From contig NC_091999.1 of assembly GCF_044704955.1 (NCBI RefSeq), positions 26,722,001-26,786,000 of the forward strand: a stretch of DNA of 64,000 nt, read 5' to 3'. Origin of the DNA: Pristiophorus japonicus. Taxonomy: Eukaryota. Both the position numbers and the translations under genes were made by a program. This document shows positions 47,445 to 58,597 of this stretch, one piece after another. The notes under the pieces were generated by a model. The model was given only the letters and a program-made list of their open reading frames with translations. It searched no databases and had not been told where the DNA came from. Within the stretch, counting starts at the first letter, position 1. Each line of letters opens with the position of its first letter.

Positions 47445-48194
47445 CTGGGAAGGAATGGCCCATTGAACAAGTTAGACTCTGTAATCCGTGCTTACAAAAG
47501 AAATAAACAAATCGAAATTTGATTGCAGAATAAACTAATTCCACCATTTCTCCATCAAAGACTACACGGGCATTTGAGCTTCTGTCAGTTCTATCGTAAG
47601 CACCTGTCAATGCGCTGGTCAGGAACGCACCTCTCTATCACCGAGCTCTATCACATTACACAACAAGAACCTTTACACAACTCGTCAATAAAGAAGCCTT
47701 CATTGGATCATACAATAGCAGAACAGAGACGTTTTTCCTGTTATTTCGGCCTGCATTTATTTCTCAATCAGCACCATTTCTTGTCCTTTATTTAATTGCA
47801 GTTTGGGAAAATTTGCTCTGTGCACGTTGCCTGCGGTGTATCCGTACAAAGCAACAGTGACTGCACTTCAAAGTAACAGCGGAATTCCGGCTTAGGACGT
47901 TCGCAAAAAACCCTGCAAACTTGCCTATCACATAATTCAACAGGTAGCGTTTCCATAGTCTAGTTTCTAAGATGCAAGTTGTAAATGAACCGCGATTGAG
48001 TCGAATTTCTTCCTTATTTTCTCAGCATTTGAGGGAGAGCGATGTCCTTCAGCGCACTGTGATCTGAGCTCTATTCCATCCTATTATATGCATGTCTCTT
48101 GAGTAGCCTGCTTCCTGCAACTCAATTAATAATCCGAATAAAATACCATTCCAAAATCCGGTTAATTTGAAGTTACTCCTTAAATGGCCCGTTT

Positions 48195-49115
48195 CAATTC
48201 CCATTGTTGTTCTTGTTATATAAAAATGACATCGACTTGGTTACAGGGAATACAATTTCGAAGTTCAAAAATGATGCAAAACCTGGCAACGTAGCCAATA
48301 GTGAGCATGATAGCAGCAGACTCCATGAGGAGACAGATGGACCAGTGAAATAGGCTGGGACATGGCAATTGCAATTCAATGCGAATCATTGAGAAGCAAT
48401 GCACATTGGGTGGAAGTTGGAGAGGCATATAATCTAAATAGTATTGTTTTGAGCGGATGCACGAATAGAGAGATCTGGATGTACATATTCACAAATCTTT
48501 GAAGAGGGCAGGGCAAACTGGTAAGGCTGTTAGGAAAGCGTATGGGATACTTGACTTTGTAAATGGGGCATTGAATACAAAAACAAGGCGGTTATGCTAA
48601 ACATACAGATCACGTGTTAGGCCTCAGCTGGACTATTGCTTACAATTTTGTCACCACAATGTAGGAAGGATGTCAAGCCCTTGGGGAGTGTAGAGGGGAG
48701 GCTTTTACCTGGATGATGCCAGGGATGGGGTCTTCAGTTATGCGGAGAGATTGGAGAAGCTGGAATATTCTCCTTAGAGCAGAGGTTAAGAGGAGACCTA
48801 AGAGAGATATTCAACATTATGTCAGGTTAAGTATACTAAGTCGGGAGAAAATGTTCCGCTGGAAAGTAGGTGGGTAACCAAATGTCGCAGTTTTAAAATA
48901 ATTGTGAAAAGATCAGAAGGTGAAATTCAGGTGATTTTATTCACACAGAGGTTTGCTAATTTTAGGAATGCTCCAGGCAGTATCTCCTGTACGTCAGGAG
49001 GACTCATTTGCACGTTTACAATGTAAACTCTGGGGAGTTGGACTAAATTGGACAGCTCTTTCAGAGCCGGCACAGGCACGATGCCTGAATGGCCTCTTCC
49101 AATGCTGTGTGATGC
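48195..49115 (+). mobile_element. Old degraded CR1 3' half in J-C intron
   Basis: gttaggcctcagctggactattg, ccttagagcagaggttaagaggagaccta, 3' end cctgaatggcctct. Confidence 0.75.
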
Positions 49116-49829
49116 TATGAGTCTACACAAGTCAGTGGGAATAGTTCTTCTAGATTTCATGGAAGGAAACACTTCATATTTTGGACACCTCTACCAGATC
49201 TATTTTTATTGTTCGTTATAATGAAAGAGAATATTTAAAATAAAGGGATCTTATAAATCTGACGCAAATTGGTCAATCGCTTGCTGTTAGAAAAGCTTAA
49301 ATTCATTGCGAATGATGACTTATTGCAGGTTGACTCTCTCTCTTTAAATGTTTCACAAAATTGCAGCTCAGTGACTGTGTGCCTTGTGTTGTGACCCAGG
49401 CCAATAGCTGCATCTCCTCACAGTTTGTCGCTGCCTTTAACCTTCACAGGAAGAATTGGACAACGTAATTTTTCTAAACATGAGGTCCCCATGATGGTTA
49501 TTTGAAGTGGGAGTCTCGATATTCTCTATTTTAATTGTGGAAATAACTTGTAACCTCCCATCAGATCAGAACAGGCGCTGCTTTCTCGAGCGTTATTCAC
49601 TTCCTGAAACTGTTTGTTCTGAAAGTGAGCTGAGGATCAGGCCAATCATGTTCTTTAGTAATCTGATGCTCAAAATGTTCAAACATTAATAACTCATAAA
49701 AAATTGGGCATTTTTTCAGAAAGAATATAAACATCAAAGAATGTGCGCTTTTTAATCTGTGCAATGGGACGAATTATTGTATATATCTGGCACGAGCAGT
49801 TTATCTGCTATCTGTTAGACGCAGATAAC

Positions 49830-50350
49830 GGTACCTAGAACATTGCCTGACCAAGCACTCTCAGGTCAGACACAGCACGGATAAGAGAGCAAAGCTCCCG
49901 CTATGCTGCCGTGTGGGTCAGGACAGGTATAGCAAGTGTTGCACACAGAGTAATATGTTATCTATACTATCCCGTCAAACATTCCCAGCTCAGGTACTGC
50001 AGAGATGTGCTACGAAATGTCTCCCCATAAAATGCGTTATCAAATTTACCGATTAATTAAGCACAATTATTACGAGTACAATGAAAATCTTCCAATACAC
50101 TGTCCCATTAAAGCGCACCACCCCTCCAAAGCTCTGATTAAATAGAAGACATTCTATATTGAAGGACCCAATTAAGTTCCACGTCCTTGTAAAGAAAAGG
50201 TTAAATACTGATTAAAGCTATCTCTGCAATGTCCCATCATGCACTGCCAGGTAAGATAACGCACGGGTTAGTTGCAGAGTAAAGCAGTCATATCAAACAC
50301 TGTCAGGGCAGGTACAACCGGGTTAGAAACTGATTAAAGCCTCTTCGACT
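49830..50350. repeat. Degenerate 67-bp satellite, opposite orientation to 6310-7545
   Basis: cccatcaaacactcccagggcaggtacagcacgggttag-like units. Confidence 0.7.
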
Positions 50351-52759
50351 GTCTCCTCGTGGTGTTTCGGAACTGCTCCTTCTGACTGTCACAATCTGGG
50401 TTACTGATCTCATTTCTACGGCGAATCCTCAACCTTAAAGTCAATCTTTCACGTTTCTCACAGATACCAATTTCTTAAATAACTGAATTAAATGACACTC
50501 CCCGCAATACAGGATCACAACCCAGAAGGTTTACAACCCGTCAGGAGGACTCCTGATGCTCACACAGTGAGCAGGCGCACAGAAACAGAACAGACACAAA
50601 CGGTGCAAGAAGGGTGCTCTAGGCAGAGAGAGACCAGTTCAATCTGTTAATTTCAATGAAGATGTTAGATTTCTAGTTTATTTCTTGTCAATTTCCAACC
50701 ACCTCAACGCTGCAGATTCTTTGAAATTAATCTGATATTAATTTGAGAGACTCTTCAACATCCAGCCATTTCCCCATCTCTGTCAACTATCTTGTAAACC
50801 GTGTAAAAATTTACTTCCCTGAAAGCAAGTAGCTGGAAATAATTCACATTCCACGGGAATTTGCTGCCCGTCACACGGGACTCGGTGACAGAGTAAGAAT
50901 GTCACAATCCAGGAGACATATACAGCGATACCTAATCATCCACTGATTTTATATGTTTTCATCAGTAAATATAACCTGTAAAATCATCGCGGCAAAATAG
51001 GAAATTAATTCACTAAAATCTGCAGCGACACATTGTCGAACTCAGCACAGCCGAGTTATCAATGCATTGTTTTCTAAATTAATTCATGAATGAATTAAAC
51101 ATTATCTCCAACGCTTGAAATTTTGCAATAATTGTAATACTGACCAGTATGCAACACAATTGTAAGTGCTCGCTTATGTTTTAATGAATTAGCACTGATG
51201 TTACATTCTAATTTAATGTTCATGTTAGCTGAATATTGAAAATAATCTGAGTGCCATTCTGGCCCTTCCTCCTCAGAAGCATACCTACCTGGAACTTTTG
51301 AAATTAAATTAACGTGCTTGAATTTCAGCCATACAAATAGAAGTAATTATTAAACTTTTTAAAACCTTTTCTGCCTGATAACTTGTGATATATTATGGTT
51401 TACTTAACTTACCACAACAATTAATCAATATTAAAATATTAAGCTGCATATTAATACATGACTACTCTGAAATATACCTTATTTTTACTTAAATGGAATC
51501 AAATTTGAATAATTGACAATAATCACGCAGTTCTACTATTGTCCCGTTCTCGACCGACACCTTTTTAAACTCTGCATGTTTCTAATATAGCATAAACTGC
51601 GTCTATTTGCAGAGAGCATTTCACATTATGGATTTGGGTGTGGACTAATTTAAATAGTTCTCTGTCCAGCCAGGGTCACAACTCCGATGGGCAGTAAACC
51701 GCTTGTTTACTAATGCTGGAATCTCGAGCTGAAATATTCTCCTCAATCTTAAACCCCAAAAATGGTTTTATTAATTAAAATCCATCCTTGCAGTTTGCAG
51801 TCAGTAGCAGAGCCTCCACTACTTAATAACACAGACAATCTTTTAAAGTTCATAGAAACATAGAAAATAGCTGCAGGAGTAGGCCATTAGGCCCTTCGAG
51901 CCTGCACCGCCATTCAATGAGTTCCTGGCTGAACACTCCAGTTATTCACAAAATGCCCGTAAGTTAATGATTAAATATATTCTGCTACTTCTTGAAAATA
52001 GTTTCCAGAATGGTCAGTGTAAAACTAGAGGATAACAATTCATTCAGACCATCTGGGGCACTGAAACTGAATGTGCAAATGGAGGAGAGACTTTGTTCAT
52101 CAATTTAATATTAATAAAAATTAAACATAGCTCTCAGATATGGTTTGTGCTTTGTCTACCTTCTATTCCGCATACAGCAGCGTTTTGGGAGATAGGATTT
52201 TGTTTCAAATACAAAGTAAGATGAACCTTTTGTAAGTAAATTAATCTGCTTGAATTTCAATGGATTACTTGCTGTCTCCAGCCATACGCATTCGGAATCT
52301 GCCTTGAATTTCAATATAATTACATGAACAATTCTTTGACTGCCAGCGATGCCTGTCTCTCAGCTTTTGTTCTTGCAAAGTGTTCAAGGTTAACTTAGTG
52401 ATAATTCTATCAAACAACACACAATATTGATTCAATAACAAATTTAGGCTACACAGTGAGAATGTCATACCCCGGCAGATAGATTAAATTGACAAAATGC
52501 AATTTGCAACACGGCTTTAAGTTATAATTAATTGCACTCAGTCATTCATCTGTGTAAAGAGGAGGTAGCAAGTAATTGAACTCCCGACTCAAACTGAACA
52601 CAGCGGTGGAATCAGTATGTTGTTAATGAAATAATTGCAGGCATAATTAATAACTGTATCCAGCCTCTAAAAGTTTCTGCTTCCCTTAATGGTGCCCAGT
52701 GTAGAGCAGGATTTTTGAAGGCGAATAATATTCAGAACATGAACATTGGACAAATAGCA

Positions 52760-53960
52760 TATTTTAATAACATTCGGTGATATTATTGCATTATAATCGG
52801 TTGGTTAATAGTAATTTAATTCAACTACAACCTGAATAAGTTAATTATGTAGATGGCAACTAGTTACATTTCACATATTAATATACCAGCATCGTCAAAA
52901 TAGATTAATAGTTGAATATATAATTATCACTTCAATAATTGTGATGTTAAAATACCTTTCAATGACTTCTGATGTCTAAACCCGTCCTGTTCTTTGCCTA
53001 CCTACTGTTTAAAAACAGTTTCAAAATACATATCTTGTTTGGATTCGATCAGAAACCTGCTGCTGCCCGCTGTCACCGATATTAAACATTGTAGAAACGC
53101 CAAACAGCTTCACTAATTCTAGGTATTCTGAGTAACACAGGCACAAACTCTCCTCAGCAGATCAATACTAAATCACATCGCTGAGGGGCGGAATCCATCG
53201 ACAGAACCTTTCATGGAGCAGATCCGTAATTCTATAAACCCTTTCAGCAGAATCAAATGTATCATTGCAAAAAAATCTCATTACACAATCACCGAACCCG
53301 CCTCACACTGAGATATCTAATGATTGAATTCAACAGAAATATAAAATACTGACAGAGAATTGTGATTCGACGGATTATGTTAAATACGTTAATTTTGATA
53401 TTATAGCGTATTTCAATAATAATTGGTGATATTACTACGTTATAATAATGTTAATTTAAATGTGTTCCAGCTGGAAATATGTTAATTTTTCAGTTCTTAA
53501 TTACAGCTCACGTATTGAATCTGATCATTTGGGAACATTCGGTCAGTAGATGACAATGTAATTTTCATGAAAAAACTAAAAGTCCTTTAGGTTATTTACT
53601 GATCGCTAAGCTTTCTGTTTTGTGCCTACAATGTTCTCTTAAACACATTCAAACACAATGTTTGCATTCGATCAGAAAAACTGCAGCAATCAGAGGTCAC
53701 CAAGATTAAACATTGCAGAAACGTCAAACAGTGTAATAATCATAAAGTATTTAAAGTAACCTAGACACACAGTCTCGGCAGCAAATAAATACCAAATCAC
53801 ATCAACAACATTTTCTGTGGAGAAACAGTTGAATTCTATAATCACTTTGCAGCAGAATCACATTGATAATTGCAAAAAATCTCAAAACAAAATCCACCGA
53901 ACCCAAGTTTCAGTGAACGAAATAATTATTAAAATAAACAAAAATATAAAATAAAGACAC
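52760..53960. repeat. ~620-650-bp tandem duplication at start of J-C intron
   Basis: attcgatcagaaa...attaaacattg.agaaacg.caaacag at ~53043 and ~53666; aaaaatctca...accgaaccc at ~53271 and ~53875. Confidence 0.8.
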
Positions 53961-53997
53961 AAATAAAAGTGTTACTGAATCAGTGAATGCTCCTTAC

Positions 53998-54047
53998 CTG
54001 CAGTCACCGTCACCATGGTCCCTTGTCCCCAGTAGCCCATTGCGTAA
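53998..54047 (-). pseudogene. IGHJ: IgH J segment, probably germline-fused D-J
   Basis: YAMGYWGQGTMVTVTA, donor GTAAGG at 53997; lacks the usual YFDY start. Confidence 0.92.
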
Positions 54048-54075
54048 CACAGTGAGACACGTTGTGTCAAATACT
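54048..54075 (+). other. Recombination signal sequence, 12-bp spacer, abutting (D)J
   Basis: Heptamer CACAGTG 54048-54054, spacer 54055-54066, nonamer TCAAATACT 54067-54075; no nonamer at 22/23 spacing. Confidence 0.85.
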
Positions 54076-54402
54076 CAGGCGGACTGTTAACTGTAAAATA
54101 CAGAGATTAAATTCCACCCAGCTCTAAAAACCCGATTCTGACTGTCGTAAGAGTGAATCAGCGAGATATTTCATTTTGTAGCGTTCATTATATTTACAAA
54201 AATGATTGGAATACTTCTCAAGCATCTGTGCATGTTCAACATGGCAATCAATAGTAATAAAGAAGAAAACTGTTATACATTTAAATATATATATATATAT
54301 ATATATATATAACTTATTTCTAATTATTTTTATTTAAGCCTCAGTTCCTTCGACGCTCCTGGCGTGGTAATGGTCGCAGGTTTTAGCAAACTCCCTGTCT
54401 GG

Positions 54403-54440
54403 GGTATTTGTATGGAGAGCTCACTCTGTATTGCACCGTG
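54403..54440 (-). other. Recombination signal sequence, 22-bp spacer, abutting V(D)
   Basis: Heptamer CACGGTG 54440-54434, spacer 54433-54412, nonamer ACAAATACC 54411-54403. Confidence 0.9.
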
Positions 54441-54760
54441 ACCCACTCCCGTAGTCCTTCCTTGCACAGTAATAGATGGTGGTGTCTTCGCTCCTCTTGT
54501 TCTTTATGTCCAACGTGAAGATGTTGTTTGAAGTGTCTTTGGATGCATTAAATCGGCTGTCGATCCCTGGGACGTTATTCTTGCTCGATGGAGTGTAGTA
54601 GTAAACCAGCCACTCCAGCCCCTGACCGGGAACCTGGCGGACCCAGTTCATGCCATAGCCGCCAAAATCGAACCCGCTGGTTTACAGGTCAGTCTCAGGG
54701 AGACTCAGGAAATCCTGGTCTTTGCCTCGGGCTGAGTCAACACCACATCCGACTGGACAC
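54441..54760 (-). pseudogene. IGHV: IgM-type VH exon with fused D-like segment; stop plus frameshift
   Basis: [26 protein letters not shown](fs)[24 protein letters not shown]...[15 protein letters not shown]...[16 protein letters not shown]; TGA at 54707-54705; 1-nt deletion at ~54680. Confidence 0.95.
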
Positions 54761-54888
54761 CTGTAAAAATAATCAAAATATCCCGAGGATCAATCCTCGG
54801 GAAATGATTCCTGACTCTGTAAAATTTCAGAGAGAGACTCGCACTGAGACAGTAACAATGAGAGAATTGGACAATAAAAACTACTCAC

Positions 54889-54934
54889 GGGAAAGTAAAG
54901 CCAGCAACAGAACGAAAGCAATCGCCGACCTCAT
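54889..54934 (-). pseudogene. IGHV: VH leader exon (46 nt)
   Basis: MRSAIAFVLLLALLS + GTGAGT donor; 128-nt intron to the AG acceptor at 54762-54761. Confidence 0.92.
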
Positions 54935-55024
54935 CCTCCTGGCAATGTGTGGTGACTGGTTCCAGCAAGAACTCACTGAGCAAACCCACTCCCAGACTGT
55001 TGTATTGCGCTCCCAGTGGCCGGC

Positions 55025-55125
55025 AGCTAAATACCTGGGAGATGGGGGCGAGGTTAAAGACGCCACCCATTGCTTCCCTGATAGAAGCGGTTTCTGGATC
55101 CACGTCACTTCTTCCACATCACCAA
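55025..55125 (-). promoter_or_regulatory. VH promoter (CRE-like decamer, no octamer)
   Basis: AGTGACGTGG at ~55109-55100, GGTGATGTGG at ~55123-55114, TATTTA at ~55033-55028; octamer-less, CRE-like promoters are the shark IgH type. Confidence 0.6.
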
Positions 55126-56647
55126 CAGAATGGACTCACATCTGGACTGTAAATTAAATCCCTTTATTCCTCACTCTTTCACAGGGGATGTAAATCTTTG
55201 AGATTGAATTACATTATCAGGATCTAATGACACGGCCAGTTTGTGCTTTTACATCTCCCGCTATCTATCCATGCAACTGTACCAATAAAGTATCCCCTAT
55301 AATCTGAATTGATATCACTCTATGTAACCGAGTGCGGTAGATGGGTAATGTGATTCTATTTACAGTGTACTTGGCTGAAGCTACACTTTTGTTCTGGAGA
55401 TGAGATCATACTCCTCACATTATACAATTGTCTCTCACTGCATTTCACTAACTGCCCCTGAGTCTGTGACTCTAAGACAGCCGTTTGTAAATTTAGCTGT
55501 AAAATAAGTCTGCTTGTCTGATGATTAAGGAGTGAGTTGACGAAGACACATAAGAAAGTGGGGGCCGCCCGCTTCAGACCAGCGTTTTATGAGAGAAGCT
55601 GGTGAATCAGAATCGATAATGTGATCAGCAAACCTTGACATCCAAATCCTTGCCGCTAACTTTAATAGCGACCGAATGTGTAACAGACACGGGTAACAGG
55701 AACACGGTGTATCAGGACATAGTGGTATCTTACAGAATATCACAGGAATAAATGCTTCATCTCCAGCAGAAACAGAGATCACAATCTGGGCCTTTCACCA
55801 CCCACTGGTAGCCGGGCTATGAGAGGGCTTGTTCAGGGATCCAAATCAGTTCAAGTTACACCGCACCCTGCGCGGCTACTGATCACGAATAATGGAGACA
55901 TGTGTTTAGACCAGGCTCAAAATTCTGTGAGAATATTAAAGAAGTGCAGCTGGCACTTCTCTGTGAGAATATTCAAGGCAATTCAACCTGTTTTAGTTAC
56001 TTTGCGAATCCCACTCATCTCATTACAGTGTGGGGTGAGGACATTAAACGTCTCTCCAGCACTTCATGCTGTACTGAATAAATCGATTGAAAGATTTAGA
56101 ATGGTCTTTATTTGGAAATAGTTTTCATTAGGTACCGTGTGGATCAATTCATTATTTTCAGATCCTGTTTTGTAATATTGTGAGCATGCAATTTACGTAA
56201 AATCATTCTTGAGATGTTATACTATGGAAAATGTTTCTTATTTTAAAAGTTCGACTGAATAATGTAATATTTAAATAGTTAAATACCATATTTCTCTCAT
56301 TCTTGTTCACGCTAATCTGACCCGCACAATATTTGGCAGTAACCCAACCGACTGCCGTCAGCGAGCCTCGAACACCAGTGTCATTTTCAGGAAGCATCTG
56401 GGGTTCTGTGCACTCCATCAAAGGCCAGTTTTCTCACTACTGACCGCATGCCTGGAAGCCAACTTCAAAACATTTACATTGACAAAAGACCTATTTATAT
56501 ACACATCTACCCAATAACAGAACTGGTGTTAAGTTAAATTTTTTCGTTGTGTAAATGTGTGTAACTGTTCACATATTGCAGGAAAGGAAATATATGCAAA
56601 GTCTCAGACACCATGTCAGTCGCAGCAGTCAGCTGGATTATCAGTAC

Positions 56648-56840
56648 NNNNNNNNNNNNNNNNNNNNNNNNNNNNNNNNNNNNNNNNNNNNNNNNNNNNN
56701 NNNNNNNNNNNNNNNNNNNNNNNNNNNNNNNNNNNNNNNNNNNNNNNNNNNNNNNNNNNNNNNNNNNNNNNNNNNNNNNNNNNNNNNNNNNNNNNNNNNN
56801 NNNNNNNNNNNNNNNNNNNNNNNNNNNNNNNNNNNNNNNN
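56648..56840. other. Assembly gap (N run)
   Basis: Run of n. Confidence 1.
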
Positions 56841-57780
56841 GAGATAGAAAGAGGGACCCCACAAAGATCAGTGCTGGGTCCACTATTGTTCACAACTTAT
56901 ATTAACAATTTAGATTGAATGACGGAACAGGCTCGCTGAACCATATGGCCTATTCCTGCTCCCAATTCTTATGTTCTTATGTTGTGATTTCCGAGGAAAT
57001 ATGGACATAAGATACTCAATCTCTCCTGATAGAACAGCCCCCCGCCCCCGCCGCCGTCCCAGGAATCAGATCAGTCTGATGAACCTTAGATGCACTCCGT
57101 CCAAGGCAAGTATATCCTTCCTTAGATAAGTAGAACAAAACTGTACACGATACACCAGGTGTAGTCTCAGCAGAGCCCTATATAAGTGCATGAAGGCTTC
57201 TTTTTACTAATACTCCAATCCCTTTGCAATAAAATGTTGCTTTCCATTTGCTTTCCTAATTGCTCACTTTGGCTCCATGTTAGCTTTCTGTGATTCGTGC
57301 ACAAGGCCATCCAGGTCTTTCTGAATAAGAACATTACCCAGTTTCTCAGCATTCAAAAAATATTCTGCATCTCTATTTGTCCTACCAAGGTGCGGAACTT
57401 CACACTTCTCCTATTATACTCAATCTGCCATGTTCATGCCCACTCACTTAACCTGTCAATATCCCTTTGCAGCCTCCTTACTTCTTCCTCACTGTTTACT
57501 GTCCCACCTACCTTTGTATTGTAAATTACGCTAATTTAAGTCATCTTTCTATACACGTGTAGAAGCTCTAACAATCTGTTTGTAGATTTTTGATAGCTTA
57601 TTTAATTTTATATTTTCTCCCATATTATCAGTTGCATGTGCATCTTTTGCAGAATTCCAAAATCTTCCCAATTTTCGGGCTTACTACTCTTTTTGTCAAC
57701 ATTCCATGGCTGTTAATTTAATCTAATACTATCTTTAACTTCCCTTGTTAGCCACGGTTGCACCATTGTTCCTGTGAGGT
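56841..57780. mobile_element. CR1 fragments in both orientations
   Basis: GTPQRSVLGPLLFTTYINNLD plus ttcttatg tail (+); degraded RT C-terminus (-). Confidence 0.75.
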
Positions 57781-58149
57781 TTTTATTCATTGTGGAAGTT
57801 TATCTAATCTGACGGCTCTGTATGATGAGCTGAAGGTGAATTTGCAATAATAATTTTGCTAATTCCGCCCTTGATACTTCCTGATCATCTGCACCTCTTG
57901 TGGTTTGTTCTAAAAAATCCTCTGGGTAAACGTTCAAACAAGTTATTGTAGTGGGTGTTATGAATCATGTTTAAAGTAAGCTCTGGAGCTTGCAGTAGAT
58001 GTCTTTTATCAGAAGGTGGCGACAGTGATCATATTGATACATGAGTCATGTGGAGACGGATATTGCTGAGCATTTCAGTCACCGTCCGTTTTGTCAAAAC
58101 AAGTAAAACAATATAATTAATGCTTCTCAGTCAGTCAAATTTAAAGGGA

Positions 58150-58590
58150 GCATGTATCCTTAGAAATAATCTGAAGGGCAAATAAAGATTGCATTTTTTT
58201 CAATCCACATTTTAAGAAGATTGTCAGCCTCTTGTCGAGGATGCAGAGGAGATTGGTGCAAGGCATGAGGGAGTTCAGTTTTGTGGAGACGAGAGAGGAT
58301 GGGTTCATTCTTATTATAGCAGGGAATGCTTAGGGGAGAATTAACAGATGTTTTCAAAATTGTGAAGGGGTTTCATTGAGTTGATAGTAAGGTGGGGATT
58401 CTATCGGCAGGTCTATCGGTAACCAGAACACAAAGATTAAGATGAATGAAAAAATAAATCCAGACGGGAGATAAGGAGATTTTTTATGCAGCGAGTTGTA
58501 ATAACCTGGAATGTACTCTCTGAAAGGGTGATGGCAGCAAATTTAATTATAACTTTCAAATAGGGAAATCAATATATATTTGAAAAGGAA
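58150..58590 (+). mobile_element. Old CR1 3' fragment
   Basis: gggaatgcttaggggaga..., gcgagttgtaataacctggaatg. Confidence 0.6.
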
Positions 58591-58597
58591 AGATGAT

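Noticed and set aside
48194-48428. Hydrophobic ORFs that could be an Ig transmembrane exon
   Set aside because: Wrong position (J-C intron), no CART motif; antisense of a decayed CR1
39391-54934. Possibility that the Ig locus is IgW, IgNAR or a TCR (J has a 12-RSS)
   Set aside because: Four C domains match shark Cmu1-4, V is IgM-type VH, J has WGQG and an SCQ secretory tail is present; the 12-RSS is better explained by D-J fusion
39391-54934. Functional IgM gene
   Set aside because: Stop plus frameshift in V, two stops in Cmu1, frameshift and Cys loss in Cmu3, disrupted tail
56534-56918. ORFs containing X runs
   Set aside because: Artefacts of the assembly gap
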